The position numbers were made by a program, and so were the translations under genes. A stretch of 64,000 nucleotides of DNA from positions 2,624,001 through 2,688,000 of the forward strand of contig OZ219866.1 of assembly GCA_964291675.2 (NCBI GenBank), written 5' to 3'. Shown here piece by piece: positions 1 through 8,586 of this stretch. This DNA is from Alphaproteobacteria bacterium. GTDB lineage: Bacteria > Pseudomonadota > Alphaproteobacteria > MPNO01. The notes beneath the pieces are model-generated. The model was not told where the DNA came from and ran no database searches. It saw only the letters and a list, made by a program, of their open reading frames with translations. Each line of letters opens with the position of its first letter. Position 1 is the first letter of the stretch.

Positions 1-734
1 TCGAGCGGGCGGGTGTCGAAATTTTCGCCGCGCGGCGCGTTCAGCGGCGGGCGGGCCAGGGATTCCAGGCGGTCGAGGTCGACGGTCTCGGCGACCTGGC
101 CGGCCAGGGCGTCGACCTGCCGCGCGAGATCATGCCGCTCGCGCGCCTGGACCAGCCCGAGATGGCGGTCCGGGAAGGCGAGATCGGGGCGCCTGGGCAG
201 CCAGCCGAGACATGCGATCCCGGCGGCGGCGAGGCCCTCGGACGCAGTGCGCAGATGGCGCTCGCTCGCCACCCCGTTGAGGATCGCGCCCCCGAGCTCG
301 AGGCGCGGATCGAACGCCGCGAACCCGGCGGCGACGGCGCCCGCCGAGCGCCCCTGGCCGGCGATGTCGATCGCCAGCACGACCGGGATGCCGAAGCCGA
401 TGGCGACGTCGGACGCCGCGCCTGACCGCCCGTCGCGCCCGGCGACGCCGTCGAACAGCCCCATCGCCGACTCGATCACCAGCATCCCGCCCGGCTCGGC
501 GGCGGATCGCAATACCGCCGCGACGTGGCCGGGCGACATCGCCCAGCTGTCGATATTGGCGCAATCGGCGCCGCTGGCGGCGGCGTGGAAGGCGGGATCG
601 ATGTAGTCCGGCCCGCATTTGAGCGCGCCCACCCGCCGCCCGCGCCGCCCGAGCGCCGCGATCAGACCGACTGCCAGCGTGGTCTTGCCGGCCCCGGATC
701 GCGGCGCGGCGACCATCAGCGCCCGCGCGCTCAA
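1..734 (-). CDS. cobB: cobyrinate a,c-diamide synthase (partial, runs off window start)
   Basis: Manual translation from TTG overlapping the cobA stop: MSARALMVAAPRSGAGKTTLAVGLI...KCGPDYIDPAFH, CobB/CbiA P-loop and KxGPDYIDP motifs. Confidence 0.92.
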   Translation of the reverse strand, partial: MSARALMVAAPRSGAGKTTLAVGLIAALGRRGRRVGALKCGPDYIDPAFHAAASGADCANIDSWAMSPGHVAAVLRSAAEPGGMLVIESAMGLFDGVAGRDGRSGAASDVAIGFGIPVVLAIDIAGQGRSAGAVAAGFAAFDPRLELGGAILNGVASERHLRTASEGLAAAGIACLGWLPRRPDLAFPDRHLGLVQARERHDLARQVDALAGQVAETVDLDRLESLARPPLNAPRGENFDTRPL

Positions 735-1540
735 GCCAGCGCCCCCGCGAACGCCGGAGCGAGCCGCAGCAAGCGCCGGCGCAGGTTGACGATCTCGCCG
801 ATGACGACGACCGCCGGCGGCTCGATCGGGTGACGCTCCCGGTCGCGGCAGACCGTGCCCAGGGTGGAGACCAGAATGTCCTCGTCCGACCGGGTGGCCG
901 ACGAGATCACCGCGAGCGGGGTCTCCGGCGCCATGCCGCCGGCGATCAGCGCCCCGGCGATGCGCTCCAGCCGGCGCAGCGCCATGTAGAGCACCAGCGG
1001 CTGACCCAGCCGGGCGAGCGCCGCCCAGTCGGTCTCCTCGGCCTCCGGGGCGGCATGTCCGGTGGCCAGCACCACCGCCCGGTTCACGTCCCGCAGCGTG
1101 GCCGGGATGGTCGCCACCGCCATCGCCGCCAGCCCCGCCGTGACGCCCGGGATTATCCTGAACGGGATCCCCGCCTCGGCGAGGTTCAGCATCTCCTCCC
1201 CGCCGCGGCCGAACACCATCGGGTCGCCCCCCTTGAGGCGCAGCACGCGGCGGCCTCGCCCCGCCAGCGCGATCATGCGGGCCGAGACCGCGTCGCGGTC
1301 GATGGCGTGCTCGCCCGCCCGCTTGCCGGAATAGATGCGCTCGGCTTCGGGGCGCGCGAGGTCGAGAATGCGCCCGTCGATCAGCGCATCGTGCAGCACC
1401 GCATCGGCCTGTTGCAGCGCGCGCAGCGCGTTCACCGTGAGATAGCCCGGATCGCCCGGCCCGGCGCCGACCAGCCACACCGTGCCGGGCTCGAAGACCG
1501 GGCAGTTGTCCAGCATGGACTCCAGCCGCTCGCCGATCAT
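731..1540 (-). CDS. cobA: uroporphyrinogen-III C-methyltransferase
   Basis: VWLVGAGPGDP, RLKGGDPMVFGRGGEE, IPGVTAG motifs. Confidence 0.95.
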   Translation of the reverse strand: MIGERLESMLDNCPVFEPGTVWLVGAGPGDPGYLTVNALRALQQADAVLHDALIDGRILDLARPEAERIYSGKRAGEHAIDRDAVSARMIALAGRGRRVLRLKGGDPMVFGRGGEEMLNLAEAGIPFRIIPGVTAGLAAMAVATIPATLRDVNRAVVLATGHAAPEAEETDWAALARLGQPLVLYMALRRLERIAGALIAGGMAPETPLAVISSATRSDEDILVSTLGTVCRDRERHPIEPPAVVVIGEIVNLRRRLLRLAPAFAGALA

Positions 1541-1593
1541 CGGTCCCCCCGCCCCGGGTGACAGCGTCGCGCCGATACCCTATCTCCGGCACC

Positions 1594-2664
1594 ATGGTAC
1601 GCGATTCCGGGCTGCGCCGCGGCTGGACCACCGGCGCTTGCGCCACCGCGGCGGCCAAGTCGGCCTACGGCGCCCTCCTGACCGGGACGTTCGAGGACCC
1701 GGTGACCATCGCCTTGCCGCGCGGCGCGAGCGCCGCCTTCGCGCTCGCCGGGCACCGTCTGGCCGACGGCGCGGCGACCGCTTCGGTGGTCAAGGATGCC
1801 GGCGACGACCCCGACGTGACCCATGGCGCGCTCATCGAGGCGACGGTGCGCGAGTCCCCCGGTGGGCTCCGCTTCCGCGCCGGGCCCGGCGTCGGCACGG
1901 CGACCAAGCCCGGCCTGCCGGTCGAGCCCGGCGAGCCCGCGATCAACCCGGTGCCGCGCCGGATGATCGCCGCCGCCATCGCCGAGGTTGCGGCGGCGCA
2001 CGGCGTCGCCGGCGACGTCGAGGTCGAGATCGCCATCCCCGGCGGCGAGGCGCTGGCGCAGAAGACGATGAACCCGAGGCTCGGGATCGTCGGCGGGCTT
2101 TCCATCCTCGGCACCACGGGGATCGTCGTCCCCTATTCCTGCGCCGCCTGGATCCACTCGATCTACAGCGGCATCGACGTGGCGCGAGCGACCGGGCTCG
2201 ACCACGTCGCGGGCGCCACAGGGGCGACCTCCGAGGCGGCGGTGCAGCGCTACTACGGCCTCTCGGAATCGGCGCTGATCGACATGGGCGATTTCGTCGG
2301 CGGCATGCTCAAATATTTGCGCAGGCACCCGGTGCCGCGCGTCACGATTGCCGGCGGGGTGGCGAAGATGACCAAGCTCGCCCAGGGCCGGCTCGACCTG
2401 CACTCGCGCAAGGGCGCCGTCGACCTCGCCGCCCTCGCCGCGGTGGCGCGGGACATGGGGGCAGGCGAGGCGGCGGCCGATTCCATCGCCAATGCCAACA
2501 CCGCGGCGCTCGCTTTCCGCATCGCCGAAGCGGAAGGGCTGGCGCTGGGCGACGCGATCGCCGGCGCCGCCCGCCGCCAGGCCGCCGCCGTGGTCGCCGG
2601 GTCGGGGATCGTGATCGACGTGCTGCTGTTCGACCGCGATGCCAGGCTGGTCGGGAAGGGCTGA
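1594..2664 (+). CDS. cbiD: cobalt-precorrin-5B C1-methyltransferase
   Basis: LRRGWTTGACATAA, KDAGDDPDVTHG, AINPVPR, NPRLGIVGGLSILGTTG; start could be GTG 1558. Confidence 0.95.
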   Translation: MVRDSGLRRGWTTGACATAAAKSAYGALLTGTFEDPVTIALPRGASAAFALAGHRLADGAATASVVKDAGDDPDVTHGALIEATVRESPGGLRFRAGPGVGTATKPGLPVEPGEPAINPVPRRMIAAAIAEVAAAHGVAGDVEVEIAIPGGEALAQKTMNPRLGIVGGLSILGTTGIVVPYSCAAWIHSIYSGIDVARATGLDHVAGATGATSEAAVQRYYGLSESALIDMGDFVGGMLKYLRRHPVPRVTIAGGVAKMTKLAQGRLDLHSRKGAVDLAALAAVARDMGAGEAAADSIANANTAALAFRIAEAEGLALGDAIAGAARRQAAAVVAGSGIVIDVLLFDRDARLVGKG

Positions 2665-2804
2665 CCCGGGTTTCTCGCCAGTGGCTGCCGCAAGCCCTCT
2701 GCCTCTTGCGATCCCGCCAATCATGGTCCGCGTTGACCCCTGAATTCCGATGTCCTGCGCATGCGGTTCGACGACCGGTATTCGGGCCGGCCGGAGGACG
2801 GGCG

Positions 2805-2921
2805 ATGCCGAGGCGGAGCGCGCTTCGGCTCGCCAGGCGGATTGTGGAACGGCCGGAGGCCGACGGCAAGGACGCGAAGTTCCGGGACCGCGACCCCGCC
2901 GGCTTCGGCGTCAGGGTCCTC
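2805..2921 (+). pseudogene. N-terminal fragment of a tyrosine integrase (Arm DNA-binding domain), interrupted by IS insertion
   Basis: GGAGG RBS then MPRRSALRLARRIVERPEADGKDAKFRDRDPAGFGVRV, resembling the 'L.kr.v......d..fwD.dl.GFGVRV' integrase arm domain; ends at the IS target site. Confidence 0.6.
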
Positions 2922-2974
2922 GGTAGTGCGTCAGTTTGAAATCTGGCCTGTCGCGTCCCGACCCCGCATCCCAT

Positions 2975-2992
2975 ATGCTTAGCGGGAAGCAT
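2975..2992. promoter_or_regulatory. palindromic operator ATGCTT-N6-AAGCAT upstream of the small basic gene
   Basis: ATGCTTAGCGGGAAGCAT; a related site TTACTT-N6-AAGCAT lies at 5581-5598. Confidence 0.5.
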
Positions 2993-3005
2993 TGGAGGGT
3001 CGGAC

Positions 3006-3245
3006 ATGCCCAAAGGACCGCAAGGCCAGAAGCGCCCGCGCGATGTCGTCTCGAACGCCGTCAAGGTCATGCGGATCGCAACCGGCGAGGAAGAGGAAGA
3101 GTTCGAGGACGATGGCAAGGACCCGGCGGCCAAGGCCCTAGGTGCAAAGGGCGGCGAGGCCCGGGCAAGAAATCTGAACAAACAGCAACGATCAAAAATA
3201 GCGCGCAATGCGGCCAATGCGCGATGGCGCAAGCTGAGGGACTAG
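3006..3245 (+). CDS. small basic hypothetical protein at the left end of the IS (putative nucleic-acid binding)
   Basis: GGAGG RBS; 79 aa with KRPRDV...IATGE and ALGAKGGEARA...RSKIARNAANARW, a type commonly seen beside IS transposases. Confidence 0.8.
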   Translation: MPKGPQGQKRPRDVVSNAVKVMRIATGEEEEEFEDDGKDPAAKALGAKGGEARARNLNKQQRSKIARNAANARWRKLRD

Positions 3246-4303
3246 AGCATTATCCGATCATTTACGGTCGTAACCTGCGGCGGCGAAGTAGTTTTGGCAT
3301 TCGCCGGGGGTGTAGGTGTCGATGGCCTGGGCGATGGCGTCGGCGAGTTCGGTGACGGTGCGGGCGGCGCTGCGCTTGAGGCAGGCTTTGAACTTGGAGT
3401 AGGCCATCTCGATCGGGTTGAGGTCGGGCGAGTAGGGCGGCAGGAAGCGCAGCTCGGCACCGGCGCTGTGGATGGCCTGGCGCACGGCGGCGCCGCGGTG
3501 GACGTTGAGGTTGTCCATGACCACGATGTCGCCGGGCTTGAGCGCGGGCGCCAGCACCTGCTCGACATAGGCCAGGAAAGCGGCCCCGTACATGGCGCCG
3601 TCGAGCGTCATCGGGGCGGTCATGCCGCTGCGCCGCAAGGCGCCGACGAAGGTGGTGGTCTTCCAGTGCCCGTGCGGCACCGATGCGCGGCAGCGCTGGC
3701 CGCGCAGCGCCCGGCCGCATCGCCTGGCCATCTTGGTCGACGCCCCGGTCTCGTCGACGAAGACCAGCCTGTCGGGGTCGAGGCCGGGCTGGGCCTCGAA
3801 CCAGGCGCGGCGGCGGCGCATCACATCCGCACGCTGCTGCTCGCTGGCATGCGCGGTTTTTTTTTGAACGTGATGCCGCGGCGGTGGAAGAAGCGCCACA
3901 CCGTGCTCTGCGAGACCCGCAGTCCGTGCGCGTCCTCCAGATGCACCGCGATCTCCGCCAGCGTCAGGTCCGGCGTCTCCTCGATCAGCGCGAGGAGCGC
4001 CGCCGCATGCGCCTCGATGCGCTGCGAGCGCCGGTCGCCGCCCTGCCGCCCGGGACGATGGCTCCCGGTCCGCTGCCACGCATCCACCCACTTGATCGCC
4101 GTCGACGGCGCGACCCCGAACTGCTTCGCCGCGCCGCGCCGCGACATGCCGCCTTCCACCACCGCCGCCACCACGCGGCGACGCAGATCGTTCGAAAGAG
4201 CTCGTGCCATACAGGCTGGCCTCCTTCACCAGCCCGCAGTTTGGACCACGAATCGCAAACCCTTGGAAATTCACAATTGATTCAACTAGATAGGATAGTG
4301 CTC
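3245..4303 (-). mobile_element. IS630-family insertion sequence nested in the IS1-family element
   Basis: Ends TAGAGCATTATCCGATC (3243-3259) and GATAGGATAGTGCTCTA (4289-4305), 15/17 inverted match; CTAG on both sides (TA duplication). Confidence 0.92.
3258..4210 (-). CDS. IS630-family transposase, two frames joined by -1 frameshift at an A9 run
   Basis: OrfA HTH ([14 protein letters not shown]...RRGITFKK) plus DDE frame ([25 protein letters not shown]); T9 on the plus strand at 3857-3865. Confidence 0.92.
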
Positions 4304-4743
4304 TAGAAGGATTTCCTGTCGGCGCGCGGTCTCTCCATGTACGCGCAGGCCGTTCCGTATATTGGGCTTGTCAGCCCCTCCAAGGTGGTGTGAGTAATGT
4401 CCACGCCTTCTCCAAGCTTGCTGCTCCACCTGCCATCTTCCAACTGCCATGCCACATGCGTCGGCTCGCCACGTGCATGTGCGTAGATGGCAATCTTTTC
4501 CGTTTGGGGTTTTAGATTGCAATCCTCACAACGCTCATAACCGAGCGTCTGGAATGCAGCAACGATCGCCTCGATTGTCCATTCTCGGGGCGCGCTTCTG
4601 GGCCAATAGAACACCCCTATGGGGTCAGGCTCCCACCATCGCTCGATGTCGTCTGCTGCCCAGGCCACGCAGTTGTAGCTGATGGACGCAGGGCTCGTTG
4701 TCTCGTAACCCTCCGTTCGAAGGGCCGGGAACATATCAAGCAT
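4303..4743 (-). CDS. hypothetical protein with Cys/His pattern (papain-like fold suspected), IS cargo
   Basis: [24 protein letters not shown]; TGATG coupling to the upstream gene; lower GC than flanks. Confidence 0.75.
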   Translation of the reverse strand: MLDMFPALRTEGYETTSPASISYNCVAWAADDIERWWEPDPIGVFYWPRSAPREWTIEAIVAAFQTLGYERCEDCNLKPQTEKIAIYAHARGEPTHVAWQLEDGRWSSKLGEGVDITHTTLEGLTSPIYGTACAYMERPRADRKSF

Positions 4744-5150
4744 CACTCAAGGTGGATATTTACCCGTTCCGCCCATTGCAGCCACTCATCAATCAATTTG
4801 TGTGGCTTGCCCATAGGACCGACAGGCATCGGTCCATCCTTCACTATGAGATGAAGGGCGATGAAAAGGAAATCCCGATGGTTCCGCAGCTCTTCAATGA
4901 TCCATGGGACGGCCAATTCTCCCATTTCCACGATTTCTTTGAAAGCGGGATGGTTAGATTTGGCAGTCACCGAAGACAGATAGTACGTGTCAGATCGCCA
5001 TTGCCGCACCAGGCGGCGAAACCGACGCACGCGATACGGGCCGACCGCGCTGGATATATCGATGTAGCCGTGCCGTTGGCTTTGTATGCCTTCGACCCGC
5101 TGCGCATATGGAACACTCCAATCAGGTTGCGATGCCGTAGCCGTACTCAC
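4743..5150 (-). CDS. hypothetical helical protein, IS cargo
   Basis: 135 aa ORF with HPAFKEIVEMGELAVPWIIEEL motif; tightly packed between its two neighbours. Confidence 0.7.
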   Translation of the reverse strand: MSTATASQPDWSVPYAQRVEGIQSQRHGYIDISSAVGPYRVRRFRRLVRQWRSDTYYLSSVTAKSNHPAFKEIVEMGELAVPWIIEELRNHRDFLFIALHLIVKDGPMPVGPMGKPHKLIDEWLQWAERVNIHLE

Positions 5151-5151
5151 C

Positions 5152-5523
5152 TTAGTTCCCCGTTGATCGTTCCGTGTTGCGGCTCTCCCACTCAGCTATC
5201 TTTTCGCCAAGCCACTGGTGAAGGCTGCGTGCGACGCCAATGGTGACGAATACGTCTACATCCATCTCACGCACGATTGCATCTCGGGCGACTGTCTCAT
5301 TCGGCAGCACGGCGCCCAGCCCACCTTCTTCCATCTGATGCACAAGGCGCCTCGGAATGGGGTGACGTTCGGTATATAGGGCGAAATGAATATTGCCCGT
5401 AGGGGTCAAGCCACCAATGGCGCCGTCAGCCCGGACCACTCGGAAATGCTGGCTCTTGATGTAGTCGAAGGCAACGCGGTTCCCCGCGTCGCCGTTGCCC
5501 CCGCTATGCTCATCGCCAGCCAT
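5152..5523 (-). CDS. hypothetical protein (DUF3467-like beta-rich), IS cargo
   Basis: FDYIKSQHFRVVRADGAIGGLTPTGNIHFALYTER followed by a C-terminal amphipathic helix; first gene of the 3-gene cassette. Confidence 0.7.
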   Translation of the reverse strand: MAGDEHSGGNGDAGNRVAFDYIKSQHFRVVRADGAIGGLTPTGNIHFALYTERHPIPRRLVHQMEEGGLGAVLPNETVARDAIVREMDVDVFVTIGVARSLHQWLGEKIAEWESRNTERSTGN

Positions 5524-5584
5524 CCGGCGGATGGTGCCCGGAGGGACCGTCGCTGACAAGCGAAAAGCTATCTTCAGCTATTAC

Positions 5585-5613
5585 TTGACGGTAAGCATTG
5601 TAGTTCATATATA
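5585..5613 (+). promoter_or_regulatory. sigma70-like promoter of the transposase (probably near-leaderless)
   Basis: TTGACG-17 nt-TATATA in an AT-rich patch, 8 nt before ATG 5622. Confidence 0.55.
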
Positions 5614-5621
5614 TATGAGGC

Positions 5622-6506
5622 ATGAACAAATTGCCTCTGAAAACCCGCGCCCTGATCCTGAACATGCTCTGCGAAGGCCAGTCCATGCGGGCGACCGCGC
5701 GGCTCGCGGACGTGAGCTTCAACACTGTCGCGAAGCTGTTGGTCGACGCGGGCAAGGTCTGTGCCGATCTGCATGACGAGATGGTGCAGGGCGTCACCGC
5801 CAGCCGCATCCAGTGCGACGAAATCTGGTCGTTCACCCACGCCAAGCAGAAGAACGTCCCGAATGCCAAGGCCGCCCCGGCGGAGGCCGGCGACACCTGG
5901 ACCTGGACGGCTCTGGGCAGCGACAGCAAGCTGATCGTGTCATGGCTGGTCGGCGGACGTGATGGCGAGTACGCGATTGCCTTCATGGACGATCTGCGGT
6001 CTCGGCTGGCGAACCGGGTCCAACTGACCACGAACGGCCACAAGGCGTATCTGGAGGCCGTCGAGGGCGCGTTCGGCGGCGACGTGGACTACGCCCAGCT
6101 CGTCAAGCTGTACGGCGATGCCCCGCAGACCGAAGCCCGCTACAGCCCGCGCGCGTGCATCGGAGCTCGCAAACGGGCCATCGAAGGGAAGCCGGTCCGG
6201 GCCGATGTCTCGACCAGCCATGTCGAGCGGCACAATCTGAGCATGCGGATGCACATGCGCCGCTTCACGCGGCTGACCGATGCGTTCTCCAAGAAGTTCG
6301 AGAACCACATGCACATGGTTGCGCTCTATACCGCCTGGTACAACTTCATCCGCATCCACAAGACCCTGAAGGTCACGCCGGCGATGGAAGCCGGTCTGAG
6401 CAACACCGTTTGGGCCATGGAAGACCTGGTGAGGATCGTGGACGAGCGGGCACCGAAGCCCGGCCCCCGTGGCCCCTACAAGAAGCGGGCGGCGAATTCA
6501 GACTGA
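5622..6506 (+). CDS. IS1-family transposase (single ORF, possibly inactive)
   Basis: N-terminal HTH (EGQSMRATARLADVSFNTV), QCDEIWSF, TTNGHKAY, STSHVERHNL, RRFTRLT.AFSKK, TPAMEAG. Confidence 0.9.
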   Translation: MNKLPLKTRALILNMLCEGQSMRATARLADVSFNTVAKLLVDAGKVCADLHDEMVQGVTASRIQCDEIWSFTHAKQKNVPNAKAAPAEAGDTWTWTALGSDSKLIVSWLVGGRDGEYAIAFMDDLRSRLANRVQLTTNGHKAYLEAVEGAFGGDVDYAQLVKLYGDAPQTEARYSPRACIGARKRAIEGKPVRADVSTSHVERHNLSMRMHMRRFTRLTDAFSKKFENHMHMVALYTAWYNFIRIHKTLKVTPAMEAGLSNTVWAMEDLVRIVDERAPKPGPRGPYKKRAANSD

Positions 6507-6662
6507 GGCACTACCGGGTCCTCCCGCCGCTTGACGGCGTCGGAGATGCGCGGATAGTGTTTGCGGGCTTGGTGCGTCGGTCGGCAAGGCTGGAGGATTG
6601 CCGGGGAGTCCGGTACGATCCGCGGATCGGGTCCGGAGCCCCGCGACAGGACGGAGAACCGC

Positions 6663-6833
6663 ATGACTGCTCAGACGCAAAGCCGGGTCTTGGGCTCGAC
6701 GAATCTCGTGGCCATCGCGCTCTGCGCGTTTATCGGTCTGGCGATCGTGACGCTCGCCGGTCACGCGCAGACCTCCGGGTTGCACGCCGCCGCGCACGAT
6801 ACGCGTCACGCCGCCGGCTTTCCCTGCCACTAG
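6663..6833 (+). CDS. cbtB: cobalt transporter subunit CbtB
   Basis: One TM helix plus C-terminal HAAAHDTRHAAGFPCH signature; GGAG RBS. Confidence 0.92.
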   Translation: MTAQTQSRVLGSTNLVAIALCAFIGLAIVTLAGHAQTSGLHAAAHDTRHAAGFPCH

Positions 6834-6836
6834 GCC

Positions 6837-7544
6837 ATGTTCTCGCGCATATTGGTCAGCGGACTGTTCGCTGGCTTCGCGGCGGGGCTGATCGCGGCCC
6901 TGCTCCAGCTTGTCTTCGTGCAGCCCGTGCTGCTCCAGGCCGAGCTCTACGAGACCGGCCGGCTCACCCATTTCGGCGCGGAGCCGGCGGCGGGCGCGAC
7001 GTCGTCGTCGTTCGGCGTCTTCGATCTGCTGCGCGACGGTCTGAGCGTCCTGTTCGCCACCCTCACCTATACCGGCTATGCGTTGATCCTGGTCGCGGCG
7101 ATGGCGCTGGCCCAGGAGCGCGGCATCGGCATCACCGCCCGGCAGGGGCTGGTCTGGGGGCTGGCCGGCTTCTGCTCGGTGCAGCTCGCGCCGGCGGTCG
7201 GACTGCCGCCGGAGCTGCCGGGCTCGGCTGCGGCGGAGCTCGGCCTGCGCCAGGCCTGGTGGTTCGGCACCGTCGCCGCCACCGCCGCGGGTCTCGCCCT
7301 GATCGCCTTCGGCAAGGGGTGGGCCGCCCGGGGCATCGCCGCGGCGCTGATCCTCGCCCCGCATGCGATCGGCGCGCCGCACCCCGAGGCCTTCGCCGGC
7401 CCGGCGCCGCCGGAGCTCGCCGGGCTGTTCGCCGGGCGCGCGCTCGGCGTGGGCTTCGCGGCCTGGGCGCTGCTCGGCCTGTTCGCCGCCTGGTTCTGGA
7501 TCCGCGAAGGCAAGCGGGCGGAGGATAGCCCGCGCACCGCCTGA
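6837..7544 (+). CDS. cbtA: cobalt transporter subunit CbtA
   Basis: Multi-TM protein with AELYE, LAPAVGLPPELPG, RQAWW, PHAIGAPHP motifs. Confidence 0.92.
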   Translation: MFSRILVSGLFAGFAAGLIAALLQLVFVQPVLLQAELYETGRLTHFGAEPAAGATSSSFGVFDLLRDGLSVLFATLTYTGYALILVAAMALAQERGIGITARQGLVWGLAGFCSVQLAPAVGLPPELPGSAAAELGLRQAWWFGTVAATAAGLALIAFGKGWAARGIAAALILAPHAIGAPHPEAFAGPAPPELAGLFAGRALGVGFAAWALLGLFAAWFWIREGKRAEDSPRTA

Positions 7545-7640
7545 GCCCGGGCGGTGCAACGCCTCCCGCCATTTTGAATGTCGTTGAACGGACCCCCGCC
7601 AGCGGATAACATCGAAGCACGATCGCCAATGAGGGATCCC

Positions 7641-8249
7641 ATGGCACACGATCACACCCATAACGAGCCTCCATCCGACACGGCGATGCGTGTGAAGGCC
7701 CTGGAGACGCTGCTCACCGAGAAGGGTCTTCTCGATCCGGCCGCCATCGACGCTCTGGTGGAGACCTACGAGACCCGGATCGGCCCGCGCAACGGGGCCA
7801 AGGTCGTCGCCCGGGCGTGGACCGACCCGGACTACAAGCAGAGGCTGCTGGAGGACGGCTCCAAGGCCATCGCCGAGCTCGGCTTCAGCGGCGTGCAGGG
7901 CGAGGACATGGTCGTCGTGGAGAACACCGACGAGGTGCACAACATGGTCGTGTGCACGCTCTGCTCCTGCTATCCGTGGCCGACGCTGGGGCTGCCGCCC
8001 ATCTGGTTCAAGAGCGCGCCCTACCGGGCCCGCGCGGTGATCGATCCGCGCGGCGTGCTGGAGGAGTTCGGCGTCGAGCTGTCCGAGGACATCGAGCTCA
8101 GGGTCTGGGATAGCAACGCGGAGCTCCGCTACCTGGTGCTGCCGCAGCGCCCGGCCGGCACCGAGGGGATGAGCGAGGACGAGCTAGCGGGGCTGGTGAG
8201 CCGCGATTCGATGATCGGCACGGCGCTGGCCGACGCGCCCGCCGGCTGA
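7641..8249 (+). CDS. nthA: cobalt-type nitrile hydratase alpha subunit
   Basis: [11 protein letters not shown] metal-binding motif (Thr/Tyr = Co type); [13 protein letters not shown]. Confidence 0.96.
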   Translation: MAHDHTHNEPPSDTAMRVKALETLLTEKGLLDPAAIDALVETYETRIGPRNGAKVVARAWTDPDYKQRLLEDGSKAIAELGFSGVQGEDMVVVENTDEVHNMVVCTLCSCYPWPTLGLPPIWFKSAPYRARAVIDPRGVLEEFGVELSEDIELRVWDSNAELRYLVLPQRPAGTEGMSEDELAGLVSRDSMIGTALADAPAG

Positions 8250-8272
8250 CCGGCCCCCAGGGGAGCGAAGCG

Positions 8273-8584
8273 ATGAACGGTATACACGACATGGGCGGCA
8301 TGCAGTGCATGGGCCCGATCGAGCGCGAGGAGAACGAGCCGGCGTTCCACGAGGAATGGGAAGGCCGGGTGTTCGGCATGTTCTTCACCAACTTCGCGGA
8401 AGGCCATTTCAACGTCGACATGTTCCGCCACGGCATCGAGCGGATGGGCCCGGCGGAGTATCTGGAGACCTCGTATTACGAGCACTGGCTGCACTCTTTC
8501 GAGACGCTGCTGGTGGAACGCGGCGTGCTGGCCGAGGGCGAGCTGGAAGCGAAGATCGCGAGCCTTCGCGAAGCGGGAGGTTGA
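8273..8584 (+). CDS. nthB: nitrile hydratase beta subunit, N-terminal half
   Basis: MNGIHDMGG, FHEEWEGR, FRHGIERM, SYYEHWL; stops after 103 aa. Confidence 0.9.
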   Translation: MNGIHDMGGMQCMGPIEREENEPAFHEEWEGRVFGMFFTNFAEGHFNVDMFRHGIERMGPAEYLETSYYEHWLHSFETLLVERGVLAEGELEAKIASLREAGG

Positions 8585-8586
8585 CG

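Larger units (their letters stand above)
2922..6515 (+). mobile_element. IS1-family transporter element with passenger genes
   Basis: IRs GGTAGTGCGTCAGTTTGAA (2922-2940) and TTCAGACTGAGGCACTACC (6497-6515), 17/19 match; 8-bp direct repeat GGGTCCTC at 2914-2921 and 6516-6523; transposase stop lies inside the right IR. Confidence 0.92.

Noticed and set aside
6524-6660. Continuation of the integrase after the IS right end
   Set aside because: The rejoined frame reads VRVLPPLDGVGDARIV with no integrase similarity; the rest of the gene appears deleted
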